The notes: generated by a model not told the origin, from the sequence alone. A DNA stretch of 32,000 nucleotides from Aliarcobacter cibarius (GCF_013372265.1 NZ_CP054051.1:1790596-1822595); one strand, 5' to 3'. Shown: positions 1 through 8,738, numbered from the stretch's first letter. Numbers and translations are program-made.

Positions 1-338
1 ATTCATCAAATGATATTGATATTTTAGATAAACCCATGCTTTTAAATTTAAAAGACAAAGGAATATTAAAAGATAGTTTTGAGAAAGAATGTTTTGAGGA
101 TGAATTCTATATTGATACTATTAGCGTATTAAAAAAGTACCAAGGACAAGGTATTGCAAAGGAGTTTTTCAACTTTGCTTTCAAAAAAGCAAAAGAGTTA
201 GGGTATAAAAAAGTTTCACTTTTAGTTGATTTTAAAAAAGAAAAAGCAAAAAATCTGTATTTAAAAATGGGTTTTGAAGATAATGATAAATTAGTTGTAG
301 CAGGAAATGATTTTCATCATATGATAAAGTGGATTTAA
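1..338 (+). CDS. GNAT-family N-acetyltransferase, 5' end cut by the window edge
   Basis: The frame is open upstream of the called Met at 36 to the window edge. The protein has the GNAT acetyl-CoA binding pattern KKYQGQGIAKEFFNFAF and ends NLYLKMGFE. Confidence 0.8.
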   Translation, partial: SSNDIDILDKPMLLNLKDKGILKDSFEKECFEDEFYIDTISVLKKYQGQGIAKEFFNFAFKKAKELGYKKVSLLVDFKKEKAKNLYLKMGFEDNDKLVVAGNDFHHMIKWI

Positions 339-369
339 AATTTAAAACCACTTTATCACTATTTATAAA

Positions 370-1263
370 CTATTTATAACTATTTGCTATCTCTTTTGCA
401 ACAGTTAATAAATTATTATGCCAATCATCAGTTAGTGGATTAATGGCAACCACATTTCCACCTATATTATTTGAGATAGTTTTTGCACTATTTTGAGAAA
501 ATTGTGGTGATACAAAAATGATTTTTATATCATGTTTTTTTGCCTCTTCTACAAGTTTTACTAACTCATTTGGTTTAGGTTCTTTTCCTTCAACTTCAAT
601 AGAAATTTGTTCTATTTCATATCGTGCAGCAAAATATCCCCAAGATGGATGAAAAACCATAAAAGCTTTATCTTTATATGGTGCTAAAATATTTTTTATT
701 TCTGAGTCTAAAGAATCTAACTCTTTTATAAACTCTTCATAATTAGTTTTATAAAAATCACTATTTTGTGCATCAATTTTTATCATAGCTTCATAAATAT
801 TTTTTGCTTGGATTTTAACTAATATTGGATCTAGCCAAATATGTGGGTCAACTCCACTATGATCATGTTTATCTTCTTCATGCTCATGCTTATGACCTTT
901 GTGCTTATCTTCTTTTTCTTCATGATGTTCATGTGCTACCATCTCTATTTTTTCTACTCCAACAGTAGTATCAACAAAAGTAGTATTTTTTGCATTTTGT
1001 TTAAACTTTTTTATCCAAGCTTTTTCACTAGGCTCACCTATCAAAAAGTATGCTTTTGAGTTAAATAAAGCTTTCATTGCTGAAGGTTTTGGCTCAAAAT
1101 TATGTGGAGAACTTCCTGGAGGAACCATTACATTTACACTAAATTTATCTTTAACAATTTTTTCTACAAAATATTTTTGTGGTAAAATTGTAACTGTTAC
1201 TTCTTGATTCGATGCAAACAAACTCGAAAACAAAATAGAAACAATAAATATAATTTTTTTCAT
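370..1263 (-). CDS. znuA: Metal ABC transporter substrate-binding protein, ZnuA/TroA-like, with His-rich loop
   Basis: Signal peptide, VMVPPGSSPHNFEPKPS motif, His/Asp/Glu-rich loop HEHHEEKEDKHKGHKHEHEEDKHDHSG, and DPHIWLDP, typical of cluster 9 zinc/manganese binding proteins. Confidence 0.88.
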   Translation of the reverse strand: MKKIIFIVSILFSSLFASNQEVTVTILPQKYFVEKIVKDKFSVNVMVPPGSSPHNFEPKPSAMKALFNSKAYFLIGEPSEKAWIKKFKQNAKNTTFVDTTVGVEKIEMVAHEHHEEKEDKHKGHKHEHEEDKHDHSGVDPHIWLDPILVKIQAKNIYEAMIKIDAQNSDFYKTNYEEFIKELDSLDSEIKNILAPYKDKAFMVFHPSWGYFAARYEIEQISIEVEGKEPKPNELVKLVEEAKKHDIKIIFVSPQFSQNSAKTISNNIGGNVVAINPLTDDWHNNLLTVAKEIANSYK

Positions 1264-1277
1264 ATTTTTCCTTTAAA

Positions 1278-1292
1278 TGCAACCTGGTTGCA
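1278..1292. promoter_or_regulatory. Putative Zur/Fur-family operator 1 (TGCAACC-T-GGTTGCA)
   Basis: Perfect 7-1-7 inverted repeat read directly, 15 bp upstream of the znuA-like start. Confidence 0.65.
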
Positions 1293-1326
1293 AAATTTTA
1301 AGAATTTTAATCATTTAATCCTTTAA

Positions 1327-1341
1327 TGCAACTTAGTAGCA
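1327..1341. promoter_or_regulatory. Putative Zur/Fur-family operator 2 (TGCAACT-T-AGTAGCA)
   Basis: 7-1-7 inverted repeat with 6 of 7 pairs, sharing TGCAAC with operator 1, between the divergent genes. Confidence 0.55.
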
Positions 1342-1373
1342 TTTTTAATCCTCTTTTTGATAAACTAGCACTT

Positions 1374-1751
1374 ATGGATAATTTAACAAAAAAAAATAAT
1401 ATTTCTAATATTAAATTAACGACAGCTAGAAAGTCTATTCTAGACATTTTAGTGAATTCAAATAAGCCTCTTTGCTATGAAGACTTAAAAGACAAAATAA
1501 TTATGGATAAAGCAACGTTTTATAGGAATATAAGCTTTTTTGAAGAACAAAATCTTATAAATTCTTTTGAATCAAATGACAAAAAACGATATTTTGAAAT
1601 AAAAGATAAAGAACATATTCACTTTATTTGCTCAAATTGCTCAACAATTGAATGTATATATCAAAAACCAAACTTTTCTTTAGATGGATATAAAATAGAT
1701 ACAATAATTTTAAAAGGAAAATGTAAGGAGTGCAATCTTAATGAACAATAA
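1374..1751 (+). CDS. Fur-family transcriptional regulator, probably Zur-like; start probably at 1374 rather than 1326
   Basis: LTTARKSILDILVNSNKPLCYEDL and MDKATFYRNISFFEEQNLI winged-helix signature, plus CSNC and CKEC zinc-binding pairs. The called ATG at 1326 lies in operator 2; the next Met is MDNLTKK at 1374. Confidence 0.85.
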   Translation: MDNLTKKNNISNIKLTTARKSILDILVNSNKPLCYEDLKDKIIMDKATFYRNISFFEEQNLINSFESNDKKRYFEIKDKEHIHFICSNCSTIECIYQKPNFSLDGYKIDTIILKGKCKECNLNEQ

Positions 1752-2955
1752 GTTTTTTGGTAGCAGACAATTACAACAAATTCTGAAAGTTAAAGAGAAG
1801 TATGAATTTATAAAAAACTTCATATCTGTTGAAACATTAAGTGGATTTATTTTATTTACTGTAACAGTTTTTGCTGTAATTATTGCAAATTCTAGTTATT
1901 CTGACTTTTACTTTGATATTTTAAAAAGTCCTATTTCTATTGGATTTGGAGAAAGTAGTTTCTCTATGAGTACGCTTCATTGGATAAATGATGTTTTAAT
2001 GGCAATATTTTTTCTAGTAGTTGGCTTAGAGATAAAAAGAGATATGCTTGTCGGTGAACTTTCTAGTGTAAAAAAAGCATCTTTTCCAATAATTGCTGCT
2101 ATTGGTGGGATGATTATCCCAGCAGCTATTTACTTAAGCTTAAATAAAGAATATCCAACAGGTTTTGGAGTTCCCATGGCAACAGACATTGCTTTTGCAT
2201 TAGGGATTTTATTACTTTTAGGAAATCGTGTAAGTATGTCACTAAAACTATTTTTAGTAACACTAGCAGTTGTTGATGACTTAGGTGCTATTATTGTTGT
2301 TGCAATATTTTATACAAGTGAAATAAACTATTTATTCTTTATTCATGCTGGAATAACTTACTTACTTTTACTACTTCTAAATTATTTTAATGTTAAAAAA
2401 TTACTACCTTATTTAGTATTAGGTATTTTTTTATGGATTTTTGTACATAAAATCGGGATTCACTCTACGATTGCTGGTGTTTTATTAGCATTTACAATTC
2501 CATTAAAACAAAAAAATGAAACGGATACAAATAACGCTCCTTTAGTAAAATTAGAACATGCTTTACACAACTTTAGTGCCTTTTTAATAATGCCTATATT
2601 TGCTCTTGCAAATGCTGGAGTTATTATAGATTTTTCGAGTGTAATTGAACATAAGCAAATAGTCTTAGGTGTAGCGCTTGGTTTAGTTATTGGGAAACCA
2701 ATTGGAATTTTCCTATTTACTTATCTTGCAAATAGTTTAAAGATTGCGACAAAACCTGCAAATGTAACTTGGAGTGAAATAGTAGCAGTTGGATTTTTAG
2801 GAGGAATTGGATTTACTATGTCAATTTTTATTTCTCACTTAGCATTTAGCGATCCTTCTATTGTAAGTGCAGTAAAAATTGGTATTTTTGCTAGTTCTAT
2901 TACTGCTGCAATTATAGGAGTTATTCTTATACTTTCAAATAAAAAAAGAGTTTAA
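1741..2955 (+). CDS. nhaA: Na+/H+ antiporter NhaA
   Basis: LHWINDVLMAIFFLVVGLEIKRDMLVGEL, GVPMATDIAFALGILLLLG and AVVDDLGAIIVVAIFY motifs are diagnostic of NhaA. Confidence 0.97.
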   Translation: MNNKFFGSRQLQQILKVKEKYEFIKNFISVETLSGFILFTVTVFAVIIANSSYSDFYFDILKSPISIGFGESSFSMSTLHWINDVLMAIFFLVVGLEIKRDMLVGELSSVKKASFPIIAAIGGMIIPAAIYLSLNKEYPTGFGVPMATDIAFALGILLLLGNRVSMSLKLFLVTLAVVDDLGAIIVVAIFYTSEINYLFFIHAGITYLLLLLLNYFNVKKLLPYLVLGIFLWIFVHKIGIHSTIAGVLLAFTIPLKQKNETDTNNAPLVKLEHALHNFSAFLIMPIFALANAGVIIDFSSVIEHKQIVLGVALGLVIGKPIGIFLFTYLANSLKIATKPANVTWSEIVAVGFLGGIGFTMSIFISHLAFSDPSIVSAVKIGIFASSITAAIIGVILILSNKKRV

Positions 2956-2968
2956 CTCTTTTTTTATT
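2938..2968. terminator. Bidirectional intrinsic terminator between convergent genes
   Basis: Perfect inverted repeat AATAAAAAAAGAGTT-T-AACTCTTTTTTTATT overlapping both stop codons, with A7/T7 tracts. Confidence 0.7.
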
Positions 2969-4082
2969 CCTTTATCAAATTTTCGTATCTTTTATCAGTT
3001 AATAGCCTCATAAATGCCACTAAAGCATCTATTTTTCTATCATTTTGAGCATTTGCTTTTAATTCTTTTAATGAAATTGTATCTTTGTGTTCAGGTTCAT
3101 CCCATGGTAAATTTGTTTCAGGATTTATGGTTCTTTCTTTATTATTATATTTATCGTAAAACTCTACTACAGTTCTTAAATCTTTAAATACTCCATTATG
3201 CATATATGGTGAAGTTACAGCTACATTTCGTAAAGTTGGAGTTTTATATTTTCCTATTTGGTTCTTATCATTTACATTTGAATTTGCTAAAAGTCCTAAA
3301 TCTTTATCTTTTACGCCATTTTTTTCTCTTAAACTTTTATTTTCTGGAATACCAATATTATGAAATTCGTAATTAGTAAAAGTTTCACCCTCTTTTCCTT
3401 CTCCTTTTAAAACATGGCAAGCTGCGCATGAATTATTATTATTTGAAAAAAATATAGACATACCTAAATCTTCAAGAGGAGTTAAATCATATTCTCCTTT
3501 TAGATATCTATCATATTTAGAATCAAAAGTTGAGAATTCATCACTTCTTTCGAAACTAGCAATTGCTTTTGTCATAGCTTCATAAGCAATTTTATCGTCA
3601 GAAAAAATATTTTCTCCAAAAAGTTTTTTGAAATTTTCAATATAAAATTCATTTTCTTTCAATCTTGAAACAGCTTCTTTTACATCTTTTAAACCCATTT
3701 CAATAGGATTTAAAGGTGGACCACCAGCTTGTTCTTCCAAACTATTTGCTCTTCCATCCCAAAATTGTCCTCCTTTATAAAGACCCTTTTTTTCATCAAA
3801 ATGAAAAGGTGGAGAAAATTTTGCATAAGATGCTGTAGGAGCTTGTCTATCACCTAAAGATTTTTTATCATCTCCCAAAGATGCCATTTTAGAAACTCCA
3901 TTTTCTCTATCATCAATAAATCCCACTTCTGGATTGTGACAAGTAGCACAGCTTTGAGTTCTATTTTTTGATAAATTCACATCAAAAAAAAGCATCCTTC
4001 CTAGTTCCTCTTTTGAAATATCATTTGCACTAAGAGTTGAAAGTATTAGTACGTTTGCTAAAATTAATTTTAAACTTTTCAA
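2964..4082 (-). CDS. Di-heme cytochrome c peroxidase (CcpA/MauG family)
   Basis: Signal peptide, two CxxCH heme motifs (CATCH, CAACH), and KYKTPTLRNVAVTSPYMHNGVFKDLRTVVEFYD. Confidence 0.93.
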   Translation of the reverse strand: MKSLKLILANVLILSTLSANDISKEELGRMLFFDVNLSKNRTQSCATCHNPEVGFIDDRENGVSKMASLGDDKKSLGDRQAPTASYAKFSPPFHFDEKKGLYKGGQFWDGRANSLEEQAGGPPLNPIEMGLKDVKEAVSRLKENEFYIENFKKLFGENIFSDDKIAYEAMTKAIASFERSDEFSTFDSKYDRYLKGEYDLTPLEDLGMSIFFSNNNNSCAACHVLKGEGKEGETFTNYEFHNIGIPENKSLREKNGVKDKDLGLLANSNVNDKNQIGKYKTPTLRNVAVTSPYMHNGVFKDLRTVVEFYDKYNNKERTINPETNLPWDEPEHKDTISLKELKANAQNDRKIDALVAFMRLLTDKRYENLIKE

Positions 4083-4983
4083 AATATCCTCCTTTTTTAA
4101 ATAAATTTACAAATGGTCGTAAATACAAATCTTTTACTGTTTTGTATTCGTTCATCTGATTTTTTCTAAGTCCAAATTTAAGAATTTTTACATCTTTTGA
4201 AAGAGCTAATGTTCCAAAAACTCTATCCCAAATAGCTATATATCCTCCATAATTTTTATTAAAATGCTTTTTATCATGATGAATTTGATGCTGTTTTGGA
4301 GATAAAAACCACCTTTCCATAAAAGAGAAATATGAAAAAGGTACATGAGAATGTCTTAAATTTGAACCAAAAATAGAAGTTATAAAAACAAAAATATTTA
4401 CTCCTAAAACCATATATATATTTATCTTTGCTCCAAAAAAATATATAAAAACGCCAGTTACAAAACCTATACTAATTGCATATCTAAGTCCAAATAAAAA
4501 ATTTTCAACTGGATGAACTCTATAAAAAGTTATAGGAGTTAAAACTTTTGCACTATGATGAACTTTATGAAACTCCCAAAGAAATGGTATTGTATGTAAA
4601 AATCTGTGTAACCAATATCTAGTAAAATCACTAAAAACAAATACTGCTAATGTGTATAAAAATACTATTTGTGTATAAGTAAATGAAGTAAAATCTATAA
4701 ATCCAAAATTTTCATATAAAAATTTATTCGTAAACAACGCAACACTTTTTGCACTCATAATAAAAGGAATAATTAAAAATAAATTAACTAAATTCGATAA
4801 AAAAAAGTATATATAATCAAGTTTTGCACTAGGATGTAACCAAAGTTTAGAAGATGTTATTAACTTTGTACTTTTTTTTGTGTAAAAATAATAAATTACT
4901 CCTAAAAATAGAGAACTTAATAAATAAAGCCAATAAACTCTTTTATTTGGATTATTTAAAAAATCTAGTGCAAGAAGTTCCAC
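4030..4983 (-). CDS. Sterol desaturase / fatty-acid hydroxylase superfamily membrane protein
   Basis: Histidine clusters HRFLH, HKVHH and HQIHHDKKH, several transmembrane segments, and WEFHKVHHSAKVLTPITFYRVHPVE. Confidence 0.9.
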   Translation of the reverse strand: MELLALDFLNNPNKRVYWLYLLSSLFLGVIYYFYTKKSTKLITSSKLWLHPSAKLDYIYFFLSNLVNLFLIIPFIMSAKSVALFTNKFLYENFGFIDFTSFTYTQIVFLYTLAVFVFSDFTRYWLHRFLHTIPFLWEFHKVHHSAKVLTPITFYRVHPVENFLFGLRYAISIGFVTGVFIYFFGAKINIYMVLGVNIFVFITSIFGSNLRHSHVPFSYFSFMERWFLSPKQHQIHHDKKHFNKNYGGYIAIWDRVFGTLALSKDVKILKFGLRKNQMNEYKTVKDLYLRPFVNLFKKGGYFEKFKINFSKRTNTFNS

Positions 4984-4986
4984 TTT

Positions 4987-5943
4987 TTAATCTCCATCTG
5001 CATCTAAAATATCTGGTTTAAGACCTAATTTTTCTATTATTGTTATGTAATATAAGTCATGAATCGAAGAAACTGTATCAAAAAGTTTTTTACCATTTGT
5101 GAAATCATCTTTTGGAAGACTTTTTAATATATCTTTTGCTTCATTTATACTATTTAAAACATTTTTTAAATCATTTAAAGCATTTTTTTCTTTTGCTAAA
5201 TCATTTAAATTTTTATACTCTTTTTGTTCAATTATCTCTTTTTGAGCTTCTAATATAGCATCAATTGCTTCAAAAGAGTTTTGACTTAAAAAATATTCAG
5301 CTCTATTATTTTTAGAATCATTTTTAAACTTACTTGATAAACCAGCAGAATTTCCTACTCTCCACTCTTTTAATCTGTAAGAAGATGCTATTAATGTATT
5401 AATTAATATTGCATTCTCTTCTTGAACACTTTTTGTAGGATTTTTCAAATAATCTTCATATGAAGATTTAATATCTTCTAAATTTAAAACTATTGACTTT
5501 AAAATCTCATTAGCTAACTCTTTTTCTCTATGGCTTAAACTTGATATACTATTTTTTGAATATAAAACATATTCTAAAGCATTTACTGTTTTAAATGAAT
5601 TTTTAAACAAAGCTGTTTTTATATCACTCTTACTGTCAATCACTCTTTGCATTTGAGAGTTTAAATCTTCTTTTAAATTATTAAAAACATCAACATACCT
5701 AGGAGTATCTAAGAACTCACTATTTATTTCACCTGCTAAATATATAGCTTCAACTTTTTTCCATGATCTTATGAAATTTGTAAAGTTTTTATCACTTATA
5801 TCTTTTTGCAAAATCTTTGCATCATCTATTGCTTTTTGTGTATCTACTATAGATACATTTTTTATAACACTTTGGAATATTGAATCTTGTGCACTTAAGC
5901 TCAATATAAATACAATAAATAATAAAAATATTTTTCTAACCAT
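4987..5943 (-). CDS. Imelysin-like (peptidase M75 family) periplasmic protein
   Basis: Signal peptide, SWKKVEAIYLAGEIN, NALEYVLYS (imelysin ALEYLLF/GxHxxE-like region) and SYRLKEWRVGNSAGL. Confidence 0.75.
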   Translation of the reverse strand: MVRKIFLLFIVFILSLSAQDSIFQSVIKNVSIVDTQKAIDDAKILQKDISDKNFTNFIRSWKKVEAIYLAGEINSEFLDTPRYVDVFNNLKEDLNSQMQRVIDSKSDIKTALFKNSFKTVNALEYVLYSKNSISSLSHREKELANEILKSIVLNLEDIKSSYEDYLKNPTKSVQEENAILINTLIASSYRLKEWRVGNSAGLSSKFKNDSKNNRAEYFLSQNSFEAIDAILEAQKEIIEQKEYKNLNDLAKEKNALNDLKNVLNSINEAKDILKSLPKDDFTNGKKLFDTVSSIHDLYYITIIEKLGLKPDILDADGD

Positions 5944-7307
5944 TATAACTCCTCTAAAAATTTAATTAATTTCTCTCTATCTTCAAGACTCAAAGCTTTA
6001 TAAGCCATTTGACTCTGTTTTGCTTCTCCACCATGCCACAAAATTGCTTCTTGAAAATCTCTTGCTCGACCATCATGAAGTAATCTTGCTTTAGTTTTAT
6101 TTATTTTTTCATGAAGAGTAATTCCCCAAAGTGGAGCTGTTCTCCATTCATTTCCATTTGCACTAAATTCAATTCTATTATCTGCTAAATCATCTCCCAT
6201 ATCATGTAAAAGAAAATCTGAAAAAGCAGATACTTCAAAACCTAATTTTGTTTTTAAACTGCCTACATGACATTTTGCACAACCAATATTCTCAAATATT
6301 TTATAACCTTCTTTATAATTTTCACTACTTTTATCAGCACTATATGTTTTTAAATTTTTTAAATAAAAAGTAATAGCATCTAACCTATGTTCAGGTAAAT
6401 CTATCTCATCTTTTGGTTTTGGGGCATATAAGCACTCTTTTTGAAAAAAAGTACATTTATCTTTAGGTTCAATAGTTGTAGTAAGCCCTATATCATTTGA
6501 GGCAGCAAATGATATTTGTTCTTTTAAATTTGCCACACTTGCTTTCCAAGTATATTTTCCAATTTCATATCGATTTGAAATAGGAGAATATACGTAATTT
6601 ACTTTTCCACTTATTCCATCATTGTTTAAATCTTCAAGATCTTGATTTTTTAAAATCTCTTCATCTAAAATCATATCAATAAGTGCCATGCCATTTAAGC
6701 TTTGAGCTATTCTAAAAGAAACAATTGTATCTTCTTCAATATTTCCATAATTTAAATTTTCTAAACTATATTTTGGTTTTTGAAGAATCACTCTTGTTCC
6801 ATCATTTAATATTTCATTTTTTTCTTCAAAATCAAGTTTTATATTTCCTTCAAAAGGAACTCCAAAAATCCCATTTATTGCTAATTGTTCACCATAAATA
6901 GGCTCTGGAATAAAACCTTTTTTCAAAAAAACTTCTTCATCTTTTTTTGAATCATTTTTTTCTTTAGATAATCTAGCTACTATAGCTCTAGATGTTGTAA
7001 AATCTTTATTAAAAAGATTTCCTCTTCCATTATTCGGATGACAACTCACACAGCTATTTGCATTAAATAAAGGTCCTAACCCATCTCTTGCTGTTGTAAT
7101 ACTTGGAGCTTTTACCCAAGGAATATTAAAAAAACTTCTTCCCAACATAAATATATCTTTTTCTTCATCAGTTAGCCCAGTAATAGATTTTAATAAAAGT
7201 TTTGAATCTTTTGAAGAAGATAAATAGTTTTTTTCAATATTAAAAGCAAAAAGCCCTAAGCAAAATATTGCTGATAGGGCTTTTAAAATTAATAGTTTTT
7301 TTAACAT
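5943..7307 (-). CDS. Di-heme oxidoreductase / putative thiol oxidoreductase (DUF1111-type)
   Basis: GLGPLFNANSCVSCHPNNGRG, a second heme site IFENIGCAKCH, APLWGITLHEKI, and RLLHDGRARDFQEAILWHGGEA. Confidence 0.9.
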   Translation of the reverse strand: MLKKLLILKALSAIFCLGLFAFNIEKNYLSSSKDSKLLLKSITGLTDEEKDIFMLGRSFFNIPWVKAPSITTARDGLGPLFNANSCVSCHPNNGRGNLFNKDFTTSRAIVARLSKEKNDSKKDEEVFLKKGFIPEPIYGEQLAINGIFGVPFEGNIKLDFEEKNEILNDGTRVILQKPKYSLENLNYGNIEEDTIVSFRIAQSLNGMALIDMILDEEILKNQDLEDLNNDGISGKVNYVYSPISNRYEIGKYTWKASVANLKEQISFAASNDIGLTTTIEPKDKCTFFQKECLYAPKPKDEIDLPEHRLDAITFYLKNLKTYSADKSSENYKEGYKIFENIGCAKCHVGSLKTKLGFEVSAFSDFLLHDMGDDLADNRIEFSANGNEWRTAPLWGITLHEKINKTKARLLHDGRARDFQEAILWHGGEAKQSQMAYKALSLEDREKLIKFLEEL

Positions 7308-7313
7308 TACTAT

Positions 7314-8660
7314 TTACAGCTTAGTCTCTTCTGGATCTGTTACATCATCAGTTGATAAAGATATATTATTTGCCTTTGCAACATTTACCATCTCATCACC
7401 TAATTTTCTAAGTTCATTTTTAAGTTTTACTAAAACTTTTGACATTTCATGTTCTGGTCTTATTTGATAATCAAAATGAGCTTCTGTTTTTGCAACTTTA
7501 TCGACTTGCTCTATCTTTTGCTCAATTGATTTCATCAAATTTATAACTCTAATTTTATCTTCACTATTTAAAGTATCAAGTAAACTCTTACCATATTTCT
7601 TACCATTATATGTAGAAGTTAAAATATTTTTAAATCCTTCATAATTTTTTGCTAAATCTCTATGTGTATTATCTGAAAAACAAGAGTGTTCATCCTCTTC
7701 ACTAGGAGTTAAAACAGCTACTGCTAATCTTTCATTTGCTAGTTCAGATTTAATAAAAACTCCCATACCTGCAATAATTTGTCTTATAGCATCAGATTGA
7801 TTGATATTCTTTTCTTTATCTTTTAATTTTCCTAAAAGAGCAGCTCTATAAAGTCCTGAAGTTCCATCAATACTTTTTTCCCAAGCACTTTTAACAGTTT
7901 GTAAATCTTGTACTAATTTTTCTGTTACAACTTTTAAATACTCTAATCTTCTTTTTGAATCTTTATCTGTTGTAAAATCACTAAGAGGTCTTTCTCCAGC
8001 TTTTAATGCTCCATTTGTAATTTTATCTTCTAAGAAATTGTTATAATCTTGATCTTGTCCCCATAGTAAAAACTCAATAGCATGATACCCAGTAGCAACA
8101 TTTGCTTCTCCACCATTTTCATTTAAATCTGTTAAAGCTTCAACTGTAATTTTTGTAACATCAACTTCCTTAGCTTCCTCACCACCAGGATTAAACTTAC
8201 CAACTGTATCAATTATATTTCCAGATGTTCTTTTTCCATCAGCATCAATAGTGTAATCAATAATATTTTCATCAAGTGGCCAAGCATTAATTTGTCCTTC
8301 TAATGCACCATAAGTTTCACTAACCCAACCATCTTCAGCATCTATTGGACCATTTGCAAGTCTAAAAATTTCTGTACTTCCATAAGATTCTCTGGCAATT
8401 AACCATGATTTTTTCGCTTCATCTAAATTAGATTGTGAAGGTTTAACTACAAATTTATTTATAGATTCTTGTAATTTTTTTGCATCTTTTAAAGCTTCTG
8501 AATAGTTATCAAAAGCAATATTTGAATAATTTTCAAGAAAATTTAATTCTTTTGATAAATTAATATCTTTAGTGTAATTTACTTTTTGCTCTGCAGTTAA
8601 ATTTAAAGCTAAAGCAGCAGTAATCGATAGGCTTATTAATATCTTTTTTCCAAATTTCAT
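7314..8660 (-). CDS. Imelysin / iron-regulated protein A-like, peptidase M75 family (ICMP-type)
   Basis: Signal peptide, SWLIARESYGSTEIFR, GPIDAEDGWVS, ATGYHAIEFLLWGQD, GERPLSDFTTDKDSKRRLEYLKVV. Confidence 0.93.
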   Translation of the reverse strand: MKFGKKILISLSITAALALNLTAEQKVNYTKDINLSKELNFLENYSNIAFDNYSEALKDAKKLQESINKFVVKPSQSNLDEAKKSWLIARESYGSTEIFRLANGPIDAEDGWVSETYGALEGQINAWPLDENIIDYTIDADGKRTSGNIIDTVGKFNPGGEEAKEVDVTKITVEALTDLNENGGEANVATGYHAIEFLLWGQDQDYNNFLEDKITNGALKAGERPLSDFTTDKDSKRRLEYLKVVTEKLVQDLQTVKSAWEKSIDGTSGLYRAALLGKLKDKEKNINQSDAIRQIIAGMGVFIKSELANERLAVAVLTPSEEDEHSCFSDNTHRDLAKNYEGFKNILTSTYNGKKYGKSLLDTLNSEDKIRVINLMKSIEQKIEQVDKVAKTEAHFDYQIRPEHEMSKVLVKLKNELRKLGDEMVNVAKANNISLSTDDVTDPEETKL

Positions 8661-8723
8661 AAAATTCCCTTCTATTTTGATTTAGAAATTAAATCAAAAA
8701 GATACTTTAACTTTACTTAAGAA

Positions 8724-8738
8724 TGATAATAATTATCA
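8724..8738. promoter_or_regulatory. Putative Fur box upstream of the imelysin cluster
   Basis: Perfect 7-1-7 inverted repeat TGATAAT-A-ATTATCA, close to the classical GATAATGATAATCATTATC Fur consensus, in the 84 bp gap before the imelysin gene. Confidence 0.75.

Noticed and set aside
841-1059. ORF on + strand over the znuA-like gene
   Set aside because: Antisense to a confidently assigned gene; the Met/Phe-rich product reflects the His-rich loop read on the other strand.
4030-4082. Possible frameshift or fusion between the hydroxylase-like and peroxidase genes because of their 53 nt overlap
   Set aside because: Both proteins are complete in different frames, with a proper signal peptide at the start of the peroxidase and no broken domain; this is an ordinary gene overlap.
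5771-5965. Plus-strand 64 aa ORF
   Set aside because: Antisense to the imelysin-like gene with low-complexity content.
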